Source of the DNA: a virus | Direction: 5' to 3' (one strand) | Virus record (IMG/VR): IMGVR_UViG_2528311097_000001 | Length of the DNA stretch: 60,881 bases | Part shown: positions 9,264 to 18,874 of the stretch, in pieces | How positions within the stretch are numbered: the first letter of the stretch is position 1 | Layout: the number at the start of each line of letters is the position of its first letter | Notes under the pieces: model-generated | Databases searched by the model: none | What the model saw: the letters and a program-made list of their open reading frames with translations, nothing else | Told to the model about the DNA's origin: nothing | Translations under genes and position numbers: made by a program

Positions 9264-10646
9264 TTACACCGTCTGGATCGTGATATTATCGGGCCCTGTC
9301 ACGGCGAGTTCGGCGTCACCGATCGCCACTGAGGAGGTCCCCGTCGGAGAGGGGTCCGTTCCGATGTGGATGTAGTTGTACTCGTTCCAGCCCGGAACGG
9401 AGTCGTCGAGGATGTCCCCCAGTATCCAGTGATAGTAGACGTCCTCACCGATCTCAGTCCCCCGATAGCGCTCGCCGTTTAGCTCCCCGCCGATCCGGCT
9501 GACGATGTTCTCGACGAGCTGGTCGATCCCGTCGTACGGGAACTGGTCGGTCGTCTCTAACTCCGCGCTGACGTAGATCTGAATCTTCTCTGCAGGGTCG
9601 AACGCCAGCCCGTCGCCGTAGTCCTCGCCGGTCGCCTGCGTCGCGACGCCGCTGTACTCGCCGACTGACTGGATACCGCCAGCCCGCGTCTCGTAAATCG
9701 CCTGGATTACCTCATCACGTGCCGGCGGGGTATCCTCTTCGAGGGCGACGATCGGCCTGAACTGTCGACCCGAGTAGGTCCCGTCACCGTTGTCGACGAT
9801 CGGGAGCTCCTCCTGGACGGTGACGCTCTGGACGATCTCGCCATTACCGCCGTTTCGAATCGACGCCTCGAGTGCGTCGACCGTCGCCCGGCCGCCGAAC
9901 GCCAGGCTTGCCTCATATCGCCGGCGGAACTGCGTGTCGGTCTCGCGATCGCGACCGGATACGAAGTTGTACGGAGTGCCATCCGCGCGTTCGCCCGACC
10001 CGCCAGTCGGAAGTGGGTTCGTGACCTCACCAACGCCGAGAATCGGATCGATAATGCGCTCGATCGTCCCCGCGTCGACGTTCGTCGCAGCGCCGATCTG
10101 GTCGTCGTCGAGATCCGCCGTCTGATCGAGCGGGTCGACGGCCCGGATCGGGACCTGTCTGACTTCTGACTCGCCCTCGCGAAGCGTCACGGGCTCGGTC
10201 GTCTCGAAGATGATCTCCTCAGTCTCCTCGTCGGCGCGCGTCGCGACGCGCGTTCGGGCCTGGATCAGCCGATCGTTCGACACCGTGCCGTTGGCGGCGG
10301 TGAACGCCACCTCGCCGGTCGCCTCGCGGCGTTCGAGTCGGCGGAACCCAACGATCTCGAGAAGGTAGTCGAGTTGAGCATCCCGAGCATGCGAGTAGTA
10401 TCCCGCATAATAGAGCGCCTCCAAGGTCTCGAAATAGGTGTACGTCCACAGCACCGCCATCTCGACGTACTGCAGCTCGGCCTCGGAGACGGCGGTGATC
10501 TGCTTGCCGAAGCGGTCCTCGGCTTCCCGGACGAACACTTCCCAGATGTGATCGACCGGAGGGCGCTGGAAGCCCTGCCGCGTAACGCCGTACTCACTGA
10601 AGAGGTCGGTGATTCCGAAGCCTTCGTTGTCAGGGATCGCGCTCAC
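9264..10646 (-). CDS. Baseplate J-like wedge protein
   Basis: ARDAQLDYLLEIVGFRR...ATGEVAF; GRDRETDTQFRRR; GGRATVDALEA. Confidence 0.9.
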   Translation of the reverse strand: MSAIPDNEGFGITDLFSEYGVTRQGFQRPPVDHIWEVFVREAEDRFGKQITAVSEAELQYVEMAVLWTYTYFETLEALYYAGYYSHARDAQLDYLLEIVGFRRLERREATGEVAFTAANGTVSNDRLIQARTRVATRADEETEEIIFETTEPVTLREGESEVRQVPIRAVDPLDQTADLDDDQIGAATNVDAGTIERIIDPILGVGEVTNPLPTGGSGERADGTPYNFVSGRDRETDTQFRRRYEASLAFGGRATVDALEASIRNGGNGEIVQSVTVQEELPIVDNGDGTYSGRQFRPIVALEEDTPPARDEVIQAIYETRAGGIQSVGEYSGVATQATGEDYGDGLAFDPAEKIQIYVSAELETTDQFPYDGIDQLVENIVSRIGGELNGERYRGTEIGEDVYYHWILGDILDDSVPGWNEYNYIHIGTDPSPTGTSSVAIGDAELAVTGPDNITIQTV

Positions 10647-11167
10647 AATTGCGCTCCTCCGAGGCGTTCAGTCGATCGCTCTCGACCGCTCTGGAACCCA
10701 TCACGAGTCATCCGTCCACGGAGTTGTGTCGCGAACTCGACCGGCGTCCCGTCGGCGAGGTACACCGTGATATGGACTTCGACGTCGTCCCGATTTCCGG
10801 CGGTCCGGTCGAGCTCGATATCGCCTGGCGCGAGCCGGGCAACGCGACTGTCGGCGTCCGGCCCGATTGCCTCGATGATTGCCTCCTTGGCAAGCGCCTC
10901 GGACGTCCCGAGCAACTTCGACCTGTCGAGTCCGTACTCCGGTCGGAAGGGATCGGTCCCACTGGCTCGATGGAAATCCTCGTCGTATCGATCCTCACAC
11001 GGGGTGAGCAACGTTCGGACGAGTTGCTCGGCGACCATCTGCGGGCCACGGAGCACCCGAACGCGGTTCCGAGCGTCTCGACGGAAGTCACCCGAGACAT
11101 GGTCGAAGCCCATCGCCTCGCCGTAGCTATCGCTTGCTTCGTCGTAGCTGTTGTAGACGTCTCTCAT
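10643..11167 (-). CDS. Baseplate gp25/gp46-like (sheath initiator) protein
   Basis: Position between spike and J; ...AEQLVRTLLT...PEYGLD...EAI..DSRV pattern. Confidence 0.65.
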   Translation of the reverse strand: MRDVYNSYDEASDSYGEAMGFDHVSGDFRRDARNRVRVLRGPQMVAEQLVRTLLTPCEDRYDEDFHRASGTDPFRPEYGLDRSKLLGTSEALAKEAIIEAIGPDADSRVARLAPGDIELDRTAGNRDDVEVHITVYLADGTPVEFATQLRGRMTRDGFQSGRERSTERLGGAQL

Positions 11168-11178
11168 CGTTTGTCAGG

Positions 11179-12240
11179 TCAGGGGTAGATCGTATCGGCC
11201 GCTTCGTCCGCCGGGACCCAGATCTTGAGTTCTTGGTCTTCGGTATGCCAGAAGATGTGCATCGGAAGCCGGCGCTCGCCGATCTCGTCCTCGATCGCAT
11301 CAAGGTCGACGTAGGCCGGATTCGTCGGGTCCGTCACGGCTGGATCGGGATCCATCTCCCGGCGCTCGGGGACTAACCCACGAAGCTCGAAGAACCCGCA
11401 GTTGAGCGGGCCCTGTAGCCGCGCCGTGTCGGGATTCCGGTACTCGGTCTGGGAGGTCTCGCTCGGATCGACGATCGGCGCAACGGGCTCGTCGACGCGA
11501 TCATACGGCCGGGGGTCGTCGGGATCCGTGATCTCCGATTCGGTGTCCTCCCGGTAAGCATCGCGATCGCCGATCGATGCCCGTCCGTCGAGGGTCGCCT
11601 CGCCGCGCTCGTCGACGGCGATCGCGCCGGTCGGGTCGGTTGCGAACTCGTTGAGTGTATCGGGGAGTTGGATCGACGCCTGCTCGTCATCGACGAGGAT
11701 CTCCGATGTCTCGCCGTCCGAGCGGGCGAACTCGATCCGGACCTGTCCATCGCTCACTTCGATCTCGTGGCCCTGCGGATGGCGCACGAAGACATCGCTT
11801 TCCTCAGTGACGTTGATCTCCGCTCCTCCGGGAAATCGATACAGGTACTCGAGAGGATCGGTCCCGAGATCCTCTTCGTCGTCGAACCAGATCCCGGGGA
11901 TGAACAGGCCATCCTCGAACTCGTGATCGCGACGCTTCGAGGGCCGCTCGAGATACTCCGACGTCTCGATCTCCTCGGGCGTCGGGCGATCCGGTACGAG
12001 TAAGAGCCCCTTCTTCGGCACCTCGATCGGGTGTTCCTCGCCCCATCCATCGCCCGCCGACGTCCAGATGATCGGAACGTCCTTTGCCGACTGTTGCTCG
12101 TCATGGGCGTTGTGGACGAGGCCGCGATTCTTTCCGTCGGTGAGCTGCTCGAGGATCGCCCACTCGGCGAAGTACTTCTCCCGACGGACGCGTTCGGTCC
12201 CGCGAGCGAGGTCTTCTGCGACGTTGCTTAGGTCTACCAT
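11179..12240 (-). CDS. Baseplate central spike (Gp138/gp45-like)
   Basis: DVPIIW...EHPIEVPKKGLLLV OB-fold-like N-terminus, then beta-repeat segment; position after hub. Confidence 0.6.
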   Translation of the reverse strand: MVDLSNVAEDLARGTERVRREKYFAEWAILEQLTDGKNRGLVHNAHDEQQSAKDVPIIWTSAGDGWGEEHPIEVPKKGLLLVPDRPTPEEIETSEYLERPSKRRDHEFEDGLFIPGIWFDDEEDLGTDPLEYLYRFPGGAEINVTEESDVFVRHPQGHEIEVSDGQVRIEFARSDGETSEILVDDEQASIQLPDTLNEFATDPTGAIAVDERGEATLDGRASIGDRDAYREDTESEITDPDDPRPYDRVDEPVAPIVDPSETSQTEYRNPDTARLQGPLNCGFFELRGLVPERREMDPDPAVTDPTNPAYVDLDAIEDEIGERRLPMHIFWHTEDQELKIWVPADEAADTIYP

Positions 12241-12255
12241 GATGTACGAAAAGCC

Positions 12256-13173
12256 TCACTGCACGGGATGATACCGGGCCCCAGTCCCACCCTCCTCGAC
12301 GAGGCGATACTCGCCGTCGGTCGGGACGAGCTCGCCACTCATCGTATGACTTCCCGATTCGGTCGACGAGTCGAGCGTGTAGTGGGCCACTCGATAGGCA
12401 CCGGCGTGCTCGGTCGACTCCAGTGGGACGAGAGCATCCTTCTCGATCAACGGATCGATTAGCGCCTCGAACTCGATGTTCGACCCACCCTCGGACTTCT
12501 TCTGCGTCCCTTCGGCCTCTTCGGCCCGGATCAGGTTCCCCTGCTCGCCAGACACGAGAGCGTTGATCTCGACCGGAGCGCTCGTGGCCTTCGGAAGGAA
12601 GTGTAACGTCCCGGCGATGGCGTACCATTCGTACTCTTCATCGCCGAGTTCGCCCGCCTCCTCGACGAGGCGATCGAGGGCGTGTTTGAGCGAATGCTTC
12701 TTCGAGATCGACCAGCGCTCGTCGAGCGTTCCACCGGGGGTATCGATCTGACCGGCCGAGATGCCCGCCATCGAGGCGATGTCTCGGACGACCATCCCGA
12801 TGTCGGGCGATTCCCAGGTTCGCGTTCGGTATCGCCCCCGGATCGCTTTCTCTGACTCGTCGGGTCCAGAGATCGTGTAGGACGTATCCGCCTTCTCACT
12901 CTCCGGGCTGGCCTTCTCTTCGATCGTACCGAAGAAGACTGTCCGAACAGGCCCGTCCCGATAGCCCAGCTTGATTCGGAAGGGGTCGCCCTCGTCGATC
13001 GCCTGCCACGAGTCCCAGCTGATGTTCCAGATCGCAACGGTCGCCGACAGGCCATCGTCTTCGCTGTGGCTGACCTCGATCTCCATGCGGACGTCCTCGG
13101 GCTGACCGGCGGCCCGGACGGTCCACGCCGAGGTCGCTAGCTCTCGGACTTGCTGAAAGGCGTCGTAGCCCAC
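12256..13173 (-). CDS. Baseplate hub (gp27/gp44-like)
   Basis: IAIWNIS...FRIKLGYRDGPVRTVFFGTI pattern; position. Confidence 0.7.
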   Translation of the reverse strand: MGYDAFQQVRELATSAWTVRAAGQPEDVRMEIEVSHSEDDGLSATVAIWNISWDSWQAIDEGDPFRIKLGYRDGPVRTVFFGTIEEKASPESEKADTSYTISGPDESEKAIRGRYRTRTWESPDIGMVVRDIASMAGISAGQIDTPGGTLDERWSISKKHSLKHALDRLVEEAGELGDEEYEWYAIAGTLHFLPKATSAPVEINALVSGEQGNLIRAEEAEGTQKKSEGGSNIEFEALIDPLIEKDALVPLESTEHAGAYRVAHYTLDSSTESGSHTMSGELVPTDGEYRLVEEGGTGARYHPVQ

Positions 13174-13175
13174 CG

Positions 13176-13625
13176 TTACACCTCGACAGGTTCGTCCGCG
13201 TTCTCGTCAGTGTCGAGCTGTCGGGCAAGCCAGGCATCGAATCCGGGCGACCCACGTTCGGGAAGGGCGATCAACTCCACCTCACTCCCGAGGTTTGCGG
13301 GCGTGATCCGGCGCTCTCGTCGCGAGAAATCGACGAAGAGAAACGAGATCCGGTCGCGAAACGTGTACGGGTCGGCGTATCGGACGGGTTGGCGCTCGAC
13401 GATCGTGGCGTCATCCATCCGTCCTGCGAGCTCGACAGTCCAGATCCACGCGCCCCCATCCCCGAACGATTCGTTCCATTCGAAGAGAAGAGTGAATGGC
13501 TGGCCCGGCCATGCTGGATGGTCGCGGACCGTTCGTTTGACCGGCCGCTTATCGGAGAGTCGTCCATCCGGGAGGGGAATCGCATCCCACTCCGTAACGT
13601 CGTACGTCTCAGGTTCGTTCGGCAT
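13176..13625 (-). CDS. Baseplate plug-like protein
   Basis: FTLLFEWNE...AWIWTV motif; position between Dit-like and hub genes. Confidence 0.55.
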   Translation of the reverse strand: MPNEPETYDVTEWDAIPLPDGRLSDKRPVKRTVRDHPAWPGQPFTLLFEWNESFGDGGAWIWTVELAGRMDDATIVERQPVRYADPYTFRDRISFLFVDFSRRERRITPANLGSEVELIALPERGSPGFDAWLARQLDTDENADEPVEV

Positions 13626-13627
13626 GA

Positions 13628-14242
13628 TCAGGAGAATAGCCCCGCGACGTCGTTCGCGATACTCGTGACGGGTGAGAGAGCACCACTTCCACCGTCACCA
13701 TCAGTGCCACCCTCGCCATCGCCGCCATCGACAGTCGCCCCGTCGCTCGTCGATCGGGATTCGGATCCGACGACGTCGTCACCGGGTTGGCTTTCGGCCC
13801 CCTCAGTCGCCGGGCCGTCCTCGGTAACGGCCTCGATCGAGCCCGCGCCGACCTCGGCGACGAACACTTGCCGCCACTCGAACTCGATATCGAATTTGTT
13901 CGTGTACTTCCCTTCTCGATTCCGGCGGACGTTCTCGACGACGACCTCCGAGACGGTCCCTTCCGCCGTCGTAATCGAGATTGGGTCTTCCTCCTCGGCG
14001 ACAGCCCGCAACTGCGCGATCTCCGAGGACTCAGCCGCGGCGTAGATCGTCCCCGACTGTGGTATGAGGACGTTGCGCTGGCTGATCTCTGCGCCGTCCT
14101 CGAGGGATTTCGTTGGGGCGTCCTGCCCGCTCGATTGATCGCTCTGGATCCCGGCACGGAGCTCCATGCCGTCGATGATCATCGGCTGCCCGCTACCGTG
14201 CGGGTTCGTGACTTTCCGGACGCCGGGTTCGTCTCCTGCCAT
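13628..14242 (-). CDS. Tail tube initiator / Dit-like protein
   Basis: APTKSLEDGAEISQRNVLIP resembles the TxHPVEDGxxIxDH motif; directly after tape measure gene. Confidence 0.6.
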   Translation of the reverse strand: MAGDEPGVRKVTNPHGSGQPMIIDGMELRAGIQSDQSSGQDAPTKSLEDGAEISQRNVLIPQSGTIYAAAESSEIAQLRAVAEEEDPISITTAEGTVSEVVVENVRRNREGKYTNKFDIEFEWRQVFVAEVGAGSIEAVTEDGPATEGAESQPGDDVVGSESRSTSDGATVDGGDGEGGTDGDGGSGALSPVTSIANDVAGLFS

Positions 14243-14244
14243 AG

Positions 14245-17200
14245 TTAGTCACCGTCGCGGAACTTCCGGAAGACGCGTTTGACCTCCGTCTCGAACTCGG
14301 TCATGCGCTGGTTGAGGAGGGCTTCGCTGACCGCGTTGCCCACTTCTGCGGGCGTCCCCGCGTCACTGGCGTCGACGATCACGTCGCCGACGTTGGTCGT
14401 GATGTGGACGTCGATCGACTGCCCAGTCTGACCCGCCTGGCCCGTTGCACTCGACTGCCCTTCCGAATCTCCGGATCCAGTCCGGGGTGCCGGTACTGAA
14501 ACCGGCCCACGAGGCCCGGCAGGCCCCTGTGGTCCAGGATCGAACCCATCACTCCCACCATCTCCCGAGTCATCCGGTCCCGATCGCGACGTCTGCTGTG
14601 GTGTAACGGGGGCGGTCGTCTGCCCGCCGCCAGCGACGGCCGCCGCAGCACCCGCCCCACCACCACCCGGACCGATCGGGCCAGTGGGTGAGACGGTCGT
14701 CTCGGGGGTGACCGGTGCCGAGACCGGCCCCGGTTGATCGACCGTCGGATTGATCGTCGGGTCGTCCACTTCGGGTGTCAGTATGTCGGTCGGCATGGTG
14801 ATCGCGTCGTGAGCAGCCCCCGCCACACGCTCCATCTCACTTGCGACCTGGCCCTCGCTCGCCCGTGCGCCGAGCGCGAGGGTCTCCGGCAGCGCACGCC
14901 CTTGCTCAGTGAGATTCGACAGCGGGCCCCTGTCGGCATCGCTGGAGGGTAGGTACGAGGCCGCCGTCTCGGCGATCGACGACGCGACGGATTCGACCGC
15001 GCCCTCGCCAGCGTTGGCTCCGGAAGCGTACGTCTTGCCGAGCGCCTGCGAGTCGGCCCCCGGCTCTGCACCGCCCGCGGCGGGCTGGTCATCGCCGCCG
15101 AAGAGCCCGCCGATGATCGGGATATCCTCCTTCGAGGGGAGGTCGGGCACCTTATCGATCACGCGCTGCATCCAGGCGAGCAGTCGGCGGAACGGGTCGA
15201 TCGCCGCGTTGATTCCCTGTTTGAACGAGTCGAAACGCTGCTTTGCGGCGGCGGTCCGCTCGTTGATCCGGTCGAGTACTGGCGAAAGCGCCCACGAGGC
15301 GAAGGCCGAGCCGATATTCAGCAGGCCACGGAGGACGCCCCGCGCCACGCCCAGTCGGTAGGCCCACACCTCGAGACGGTCGTTGAGTCGGCCGATCGTC
15401 CCCTCGACGGCCCAGTCGACGAATGCGTTGCCGGCGTCGGCGACGCCCTGAATGAGCCCGCCCAGTGGGCCGAGCTTCTCCTCGAGATCGTCAGCGCCGG
15501 TCGCCGCCCGGACGAGCCAGTAAACCAGCCCCGGCGCGGTGAACAACGACAGGACGCGGATGAACGTCGCCACCCGATCGGCAGCGCCGCCGAAGCGCTC
15601 GTTGAATCGGTCGACCGCGGTGTGGATCGTCTCGATGTGACTCCGCGTCGACTCGATCGGCGAGGCTGCCCGCTTCAGGAATCCGGTGAAGTAGCCCGCG
15701 GCATCGCCGGCAGCGCGGAACGCCGCGCCGATGAGCGATATCGGGAGCGTGATCGGCAGAGCGGCGATCTTGATTAGGATCCCTCCGAGCCGGCCAAGGA
15801 CCTTGATGAACGACCACGTCGCGCCGGCAACGCCCGTGATGATATTCCACAGGCCGCCGATCGTCCCGGTCAGAATACCGACGACGGCGTCGGCCTCTTG
15901 GCCGATCCCGAGCCAGTCGAACAGGCCGGCCCGCCAGGCAGCCCACGCCGCCGTGATCCCGAGGACGATCCAGCCCAGCGGGCCGAGCGAGACGAGCAAG
16001 CCTTTCGCGGCGACGGCTGCCCCCTTCATCGCCCCGCCGGCAGCGGTGACGGCTCCGGTAAGCGTCATCTTGCTCGCCGCCGTCGCGAGTGAGCCCGCAC
16101 GCGAGGCCCACAGCGCCGACGTGAGTTGCCCCGTCGAAGCCGTCATCAGCCACTGCGCACCCGCCGCCGCCCGAGAGGCTCCCGAGAGGATGTGCTGGGC
16201 GGCCGCGTAGCCGTACGTGCTGTCCATCGCCGACATCGCCGCGAGGTTCTGCAGCTTGATCTGGACGATTGCCGCCCCGAGTGCGGCCGTCAGCGCGAGG
16301 GAAGCGCCGGTCGCGACGACCATCCCCGCCCCCATCGCCTCAAGCAACCAGGGCATCTCGCCGAGTGCGTCGGCGGCCGTCATCGCGACGTCCAAGAACG
16401 CCGAGATCCCTGGGGCCGCCCCCTGGAACATCTCGTAGGCGAGCGCCGACGCACTACCTCGTAAGTACGTGATCTGCCCCTGGACGTTGTCCATCGCCGC
16501 CTCGGCGAGGTCGGCCGATGTCGTTGCCTCGTCGATCGACGCGGCGAGATCCTTGAAGCTGCCCTCTGCGTTGGCGAGTTGTGGGGCCAGTTGCTCCGCC
16601 GCCCCGGAGTCGATCGCGAGCCCCGCCTCGAGCATGAACGCCGCCTCCTCTTGCGAACTCGCTTGCTCACTGATCTGCTGGAGGACGTCCTCGGTACTGC
16701 CGGGTCGGAGTTCGAAGCCGACCTGTGCCTGGCGCGTCGCCAGTGCTTCGTCGTCGAGTCCCTGCAGGCGCTCGATCGCCCCGCCGGCCTGTGAGTAGGC
16801 CGTCTCCTGGAGCGTCTCGTTGAGCGACTCGGACTGGGCGATCAGCGAGCCCATCGCCCGAGCGCCTCGGGCGTTGAAGATCTGATTCAGGAGTTGGGAT
16901 CGCTCGTGGGCGGAGAGATCGGCCATCTGCTCGTCGAGCATCGTCGCAACCTCGCCGATCGAGCGCATGTTCCCCTCTTCGTCGAAGAAATCGTCGGTCG
17001 TCAGACCAAGCTCCGAGAGCGCTTCCTCGGCTTTCCCGGCGGGGTTGACGAGCGAACGGAGCATGGCGTCCATCGACGTCCCTGCCGTGCTCGCGTCGAG
17101 GCCAGCGTCCGAGAGCGTCCCGACCGCAGCGGAGAGGTCCGTGACCGAGAGGCCGACCTGATTCGCGGACGTCGCCGCATAGCGCATCGCATCGCCGAGC

Positions 17201-17790
17201 CCCGAGACGTCGGCCGCCGTACTCGAGGCGACCGAGGCGAGCGTGTCGGCGACCGCCGAGACCTGATCGGCTTCAAGACCGAACGCGTTCATCGCGTTCG
17301 TCGCGATCGAGGCCGCCTGCCCCATCTGGAGGCCACCGGCGACCGCCAGTTGCGAGACGCTCTCGACGGCGGCAAGAGCCTCTTCGGCTTCGAGACCGCG
17401 ACGGGTGAGCTGCTCGAAGGAGTTCGCGATCTCCGTCATCGTCAGCGGCATCTCCGCGCCGAGCGTCGAGGACATGTCCCGCATCGCGTTCATCTCCTCG
17501 GTCGTCGCCCCGGCCAGCACCTCGACCCGGCTAAAGGTCGCCTCGACGGGGCCGCCCGCCCGGACGATCCCGGCGAGGCCCGCAACGAGTGCCGTCGTCC
17601 CGGCCGCCGCAGCGAGGAACGCCCCCTCGAGAGCACGGGCCTTCCCGTCGACGGCATCCATCTCGGCTTCCGTCTGGTCGAGCTCGCCGCGAGCGGCACC
17701 CATCGCCGTCGTGAAAGACTGCGTGTCGCCCTGCAGGACGATCGAGAGCCCGCCGACGGGCTGTGCGCCCCCTCCTGGTGCTCCGCTCAT
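14245..17790 (-). CDS. Tail tape measure protein (TP901-like)
   Basis: 1181 aa Ala/Gly-rich helical protein; LGDAMRYAA..A...GLS..DLSAAVGTLSDAGLDAS.AGT motif; central hydrophobic segments. Confidence 0.95.
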   Translation of the reverse strand: MSGAPGGGAQPVGGLSIVLQGDTQSFTTAMGAARGELDQTEAEMDAVDGKARALEGAFLAAAAGTTALVAGLAGIVRAGGPVEATFSRVEVLAGATTEEMNAMRDMSSTLGAEMPLTMTEIANSFEQLTRRGLEAEEALAAVESVSQLAVAGGLQMGQAASIATNAMNAFGLEADQVSAVADTLASVASSTAADVSGLGDAMRYAATSANQVGLSVTDLSAAVGTLSDAGLDASTAGTSMDAMLRSLVNPAGKAEEALSELGLTTDDFFDEEGNMRSIGEVATMLDEQMADLSAHERSQLLNQIFNARGARAMGSLIAQSESLNETLQETAYSQAGGAIERLQGLDDEALATRQAQVGFELRPGSTEDVLQQISEQASSQEEAAFMLEAGLAIDSGAAEQLAPQLANAEGSFKDLAASIDEATTSADLAEAAMDNVQGQITYLRGSASALAYEMFQGAAPGISAFLDVAMTAADALGEMPWLLEAMGAGMVVATGASLALTAALGAAIVQIKLQNLAAMSAMDSTYGYAAAQHILSGASRAAAGAQWLMTASTGQLTSALWASRAGSLATAASKMTLTGAVTAAGGAMKGAAVAAKGLLVSLGPLGWIVLGITAAWAAWRAGLFDWLGIGQEADAVVGILTGTIGGLWNIITGVAGATWSFIKVLGRLGGILIKIAALPITLPISLIGAAFRAAGDAAGYFTGFLKRAASPIESTRSHIETIHTAVDRFNERFGGAADRVATFIRVLSLFTAPGLVYWLVRAATGADDLEEKLGPLGGLIQGVADAGNAFVDWAVEGTIGRLNDRLEVWAYRLGVARGVLRGLLNIGSAFASWALSPVLDRINERTAAAKQRFDSFKQGINAAIDPFRRLLAWMQRVIDKVPDLPSKEDIPIIGGLFGGDDQPAAGGAEPGADSQALGKTYASGANAGEGAVESVASSIAETAASYLPSSDADRGPLSNLTEQGRALPETLALGARASEGQVASEMERVAGAAHDAITMPTDILTPEVDDPTINPTVDQPGPVSAPVTPETTVSPTGPIGPGGGGAGAAAAVAGGGQTTAPVTPQQTSRSGPDDSGDGGSDGFDPGPQGPAGPRGPVSVPAPRTGSGDSEGQSSATGQAGQTGQSIDVHITTNVGDVIVDASDAGTPAEVGNAVSEALLNQRMTEFETEVKRVFRKFRDGD

Positions 17791-17855
17791 GAGTTGATGA
17801 AAACAGTCTACAGCTGTCGCTCGCGCTCAGCAAGCGCCGAAAACTACCGTCCGTC

Positions 17856-18035
17856 CTATACGTCGTCGACCGGCCGCCGGAAGATCATCGCGATCGTCGA
17901 GCCCTGCCAGGTACAGCGCTCATCGAGCACCCACCCCTCAGCCGCGAGTTCGTTGATTCGGTCCTCGAGATCGCCATTCCGAACGTCGGCGATATCGGGG
18001 TTAAACTGTTTATATTCGAACTGTTGCGTTGCCAT
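17856..18035 (-). CDS. 59-aa DUF4177-like protein (not in ORF track)
   Basis: Manual translation MATQQFEYKQFNPDIADVRNGDLEDRINELAAEGWVLDERCTWQGSTIAMIFRRPVDDV; matches EYK...N.L..EGW.L....IF.RP pattern. Confidence 0.65.
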   Translation of the reverse strand: MATQQFEYKQFNPDIADVRNGDLEDRINELAAEGWVLDERCTWQGSTIAMIFRRPVDDV

Positions 18036-18083
18036 ACGAGCGACCTCGGCGACCGGAGAGATGAATGCTTTGGCCTGACCGGC

Positions 18084-18527
18084 TCAGGCGAGCCCATCCT
18101 CGACGACGTCAATATCGACGTAGTCCGAGAGACGAACCCAGGCGGCGACGTGATCGAACAAGAGCGACCGCTCGCGTTCGGTGAGGGCGTTCGCCCACCG
18201 GTCGTACGTCAGCTCCGGCTCGTCAACGACGGCCGAACAGAGTCGGTACCGATCGTCCTCGATGACGGCTAAGAGGATCTGGTTCATCGTCTCCTCGGAA
18301 TCGGGCTCGGCGAACACGAAGCGCTTTGGCTCGCCGCCATCAATCGGATGGATTCGGAACTCCGTCCGGGCCGGCTCGCCGATCCACGACTCGGCGATCA
18401 CCTCGTAGTCACTGTCCTCTTCGACTTCGCTGAAGAGTTCGGTGTCAACCTGCTCGCCGGGGCCGAGGTCTTCGCGATCCTCGCCGTCGCCGTCGTACTC
18501 GTAGTCCGGTGTCGTTTGCTCGCTCAT
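18084..18527 (-). CDS. Tail assembly chaperone-like protein (second copy)
   Basis: ATG 18527 overlaps upstream stop (ATGA); acidic 147 aa; C-terminal RWANALTERERSLLFDHVAAWV resembles end of 18855..20099. Confidence 0.6.
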   Translation of the reverse strand: MSEQTTPDYEYDGDGEDREDLGPGEQVDTELFSEVEEDSDYEVIAESWIGEPARTEFRIHPIDGGEPKRFVFAEPDSEETMNQILLAVIEDDRYRLCSAVVDEPELTYDRWANALTERERSLLFDHVAAWVRLSDYVDIDVVEDGLA

Positions 18528-18874
18528 GTGTTGTTTTGTTGTTCTTTCGCCCGCTCGAGGAACAACTCGAGTTCGCGGTCGTCCGCCCGCCCCTTCGCGA
18601 CGTCCTCTTTGATCTGCTCGGGCAAGAGGCCCCACTCCTCGTCGGTGAGGTGATCGGGCTTCTCGCCGTACTTCGCCCGCTCTTCGGCCCGCTCGCGTTC
18701 CTCCTCACGCCATTCGTTCAGGCTGTTCATGTTGATGAGGTAGAAATCCACGCGATCGCGTGACCAGCGGAGGACGTCCTCGTAGGTGTAGTTATTCCAC
18801 TCTTGCTCCGCGATGATGAGCCGACGGCGCCCGGTCGGCGAATCGGCATACTCCTTAGCGGCGCCTCTGTCGAA
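18524..18874 (-). CDS. Tail assembly chaperone T segment, reached by +1 frameshift
   Basis: +1 frame open from TTC at 18874 (FDRGAAKEYADSPTGRRRLIIAEQEWNNYTYEDVLRWSRDRVDFYL...) with no ATG before 18730. Confidence 0.7.
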   Translation of the reverse strand, partial: FDRGAAKEYADSPTGRRRLIIAEQEWNNYTYEDVLRWSRDRVDFYLINMNSLNEWREEERERAEERAKYGEKPDHLTDEEWGLLPEQIKEDVAKGRADDRELELFLERAKEQQNNT

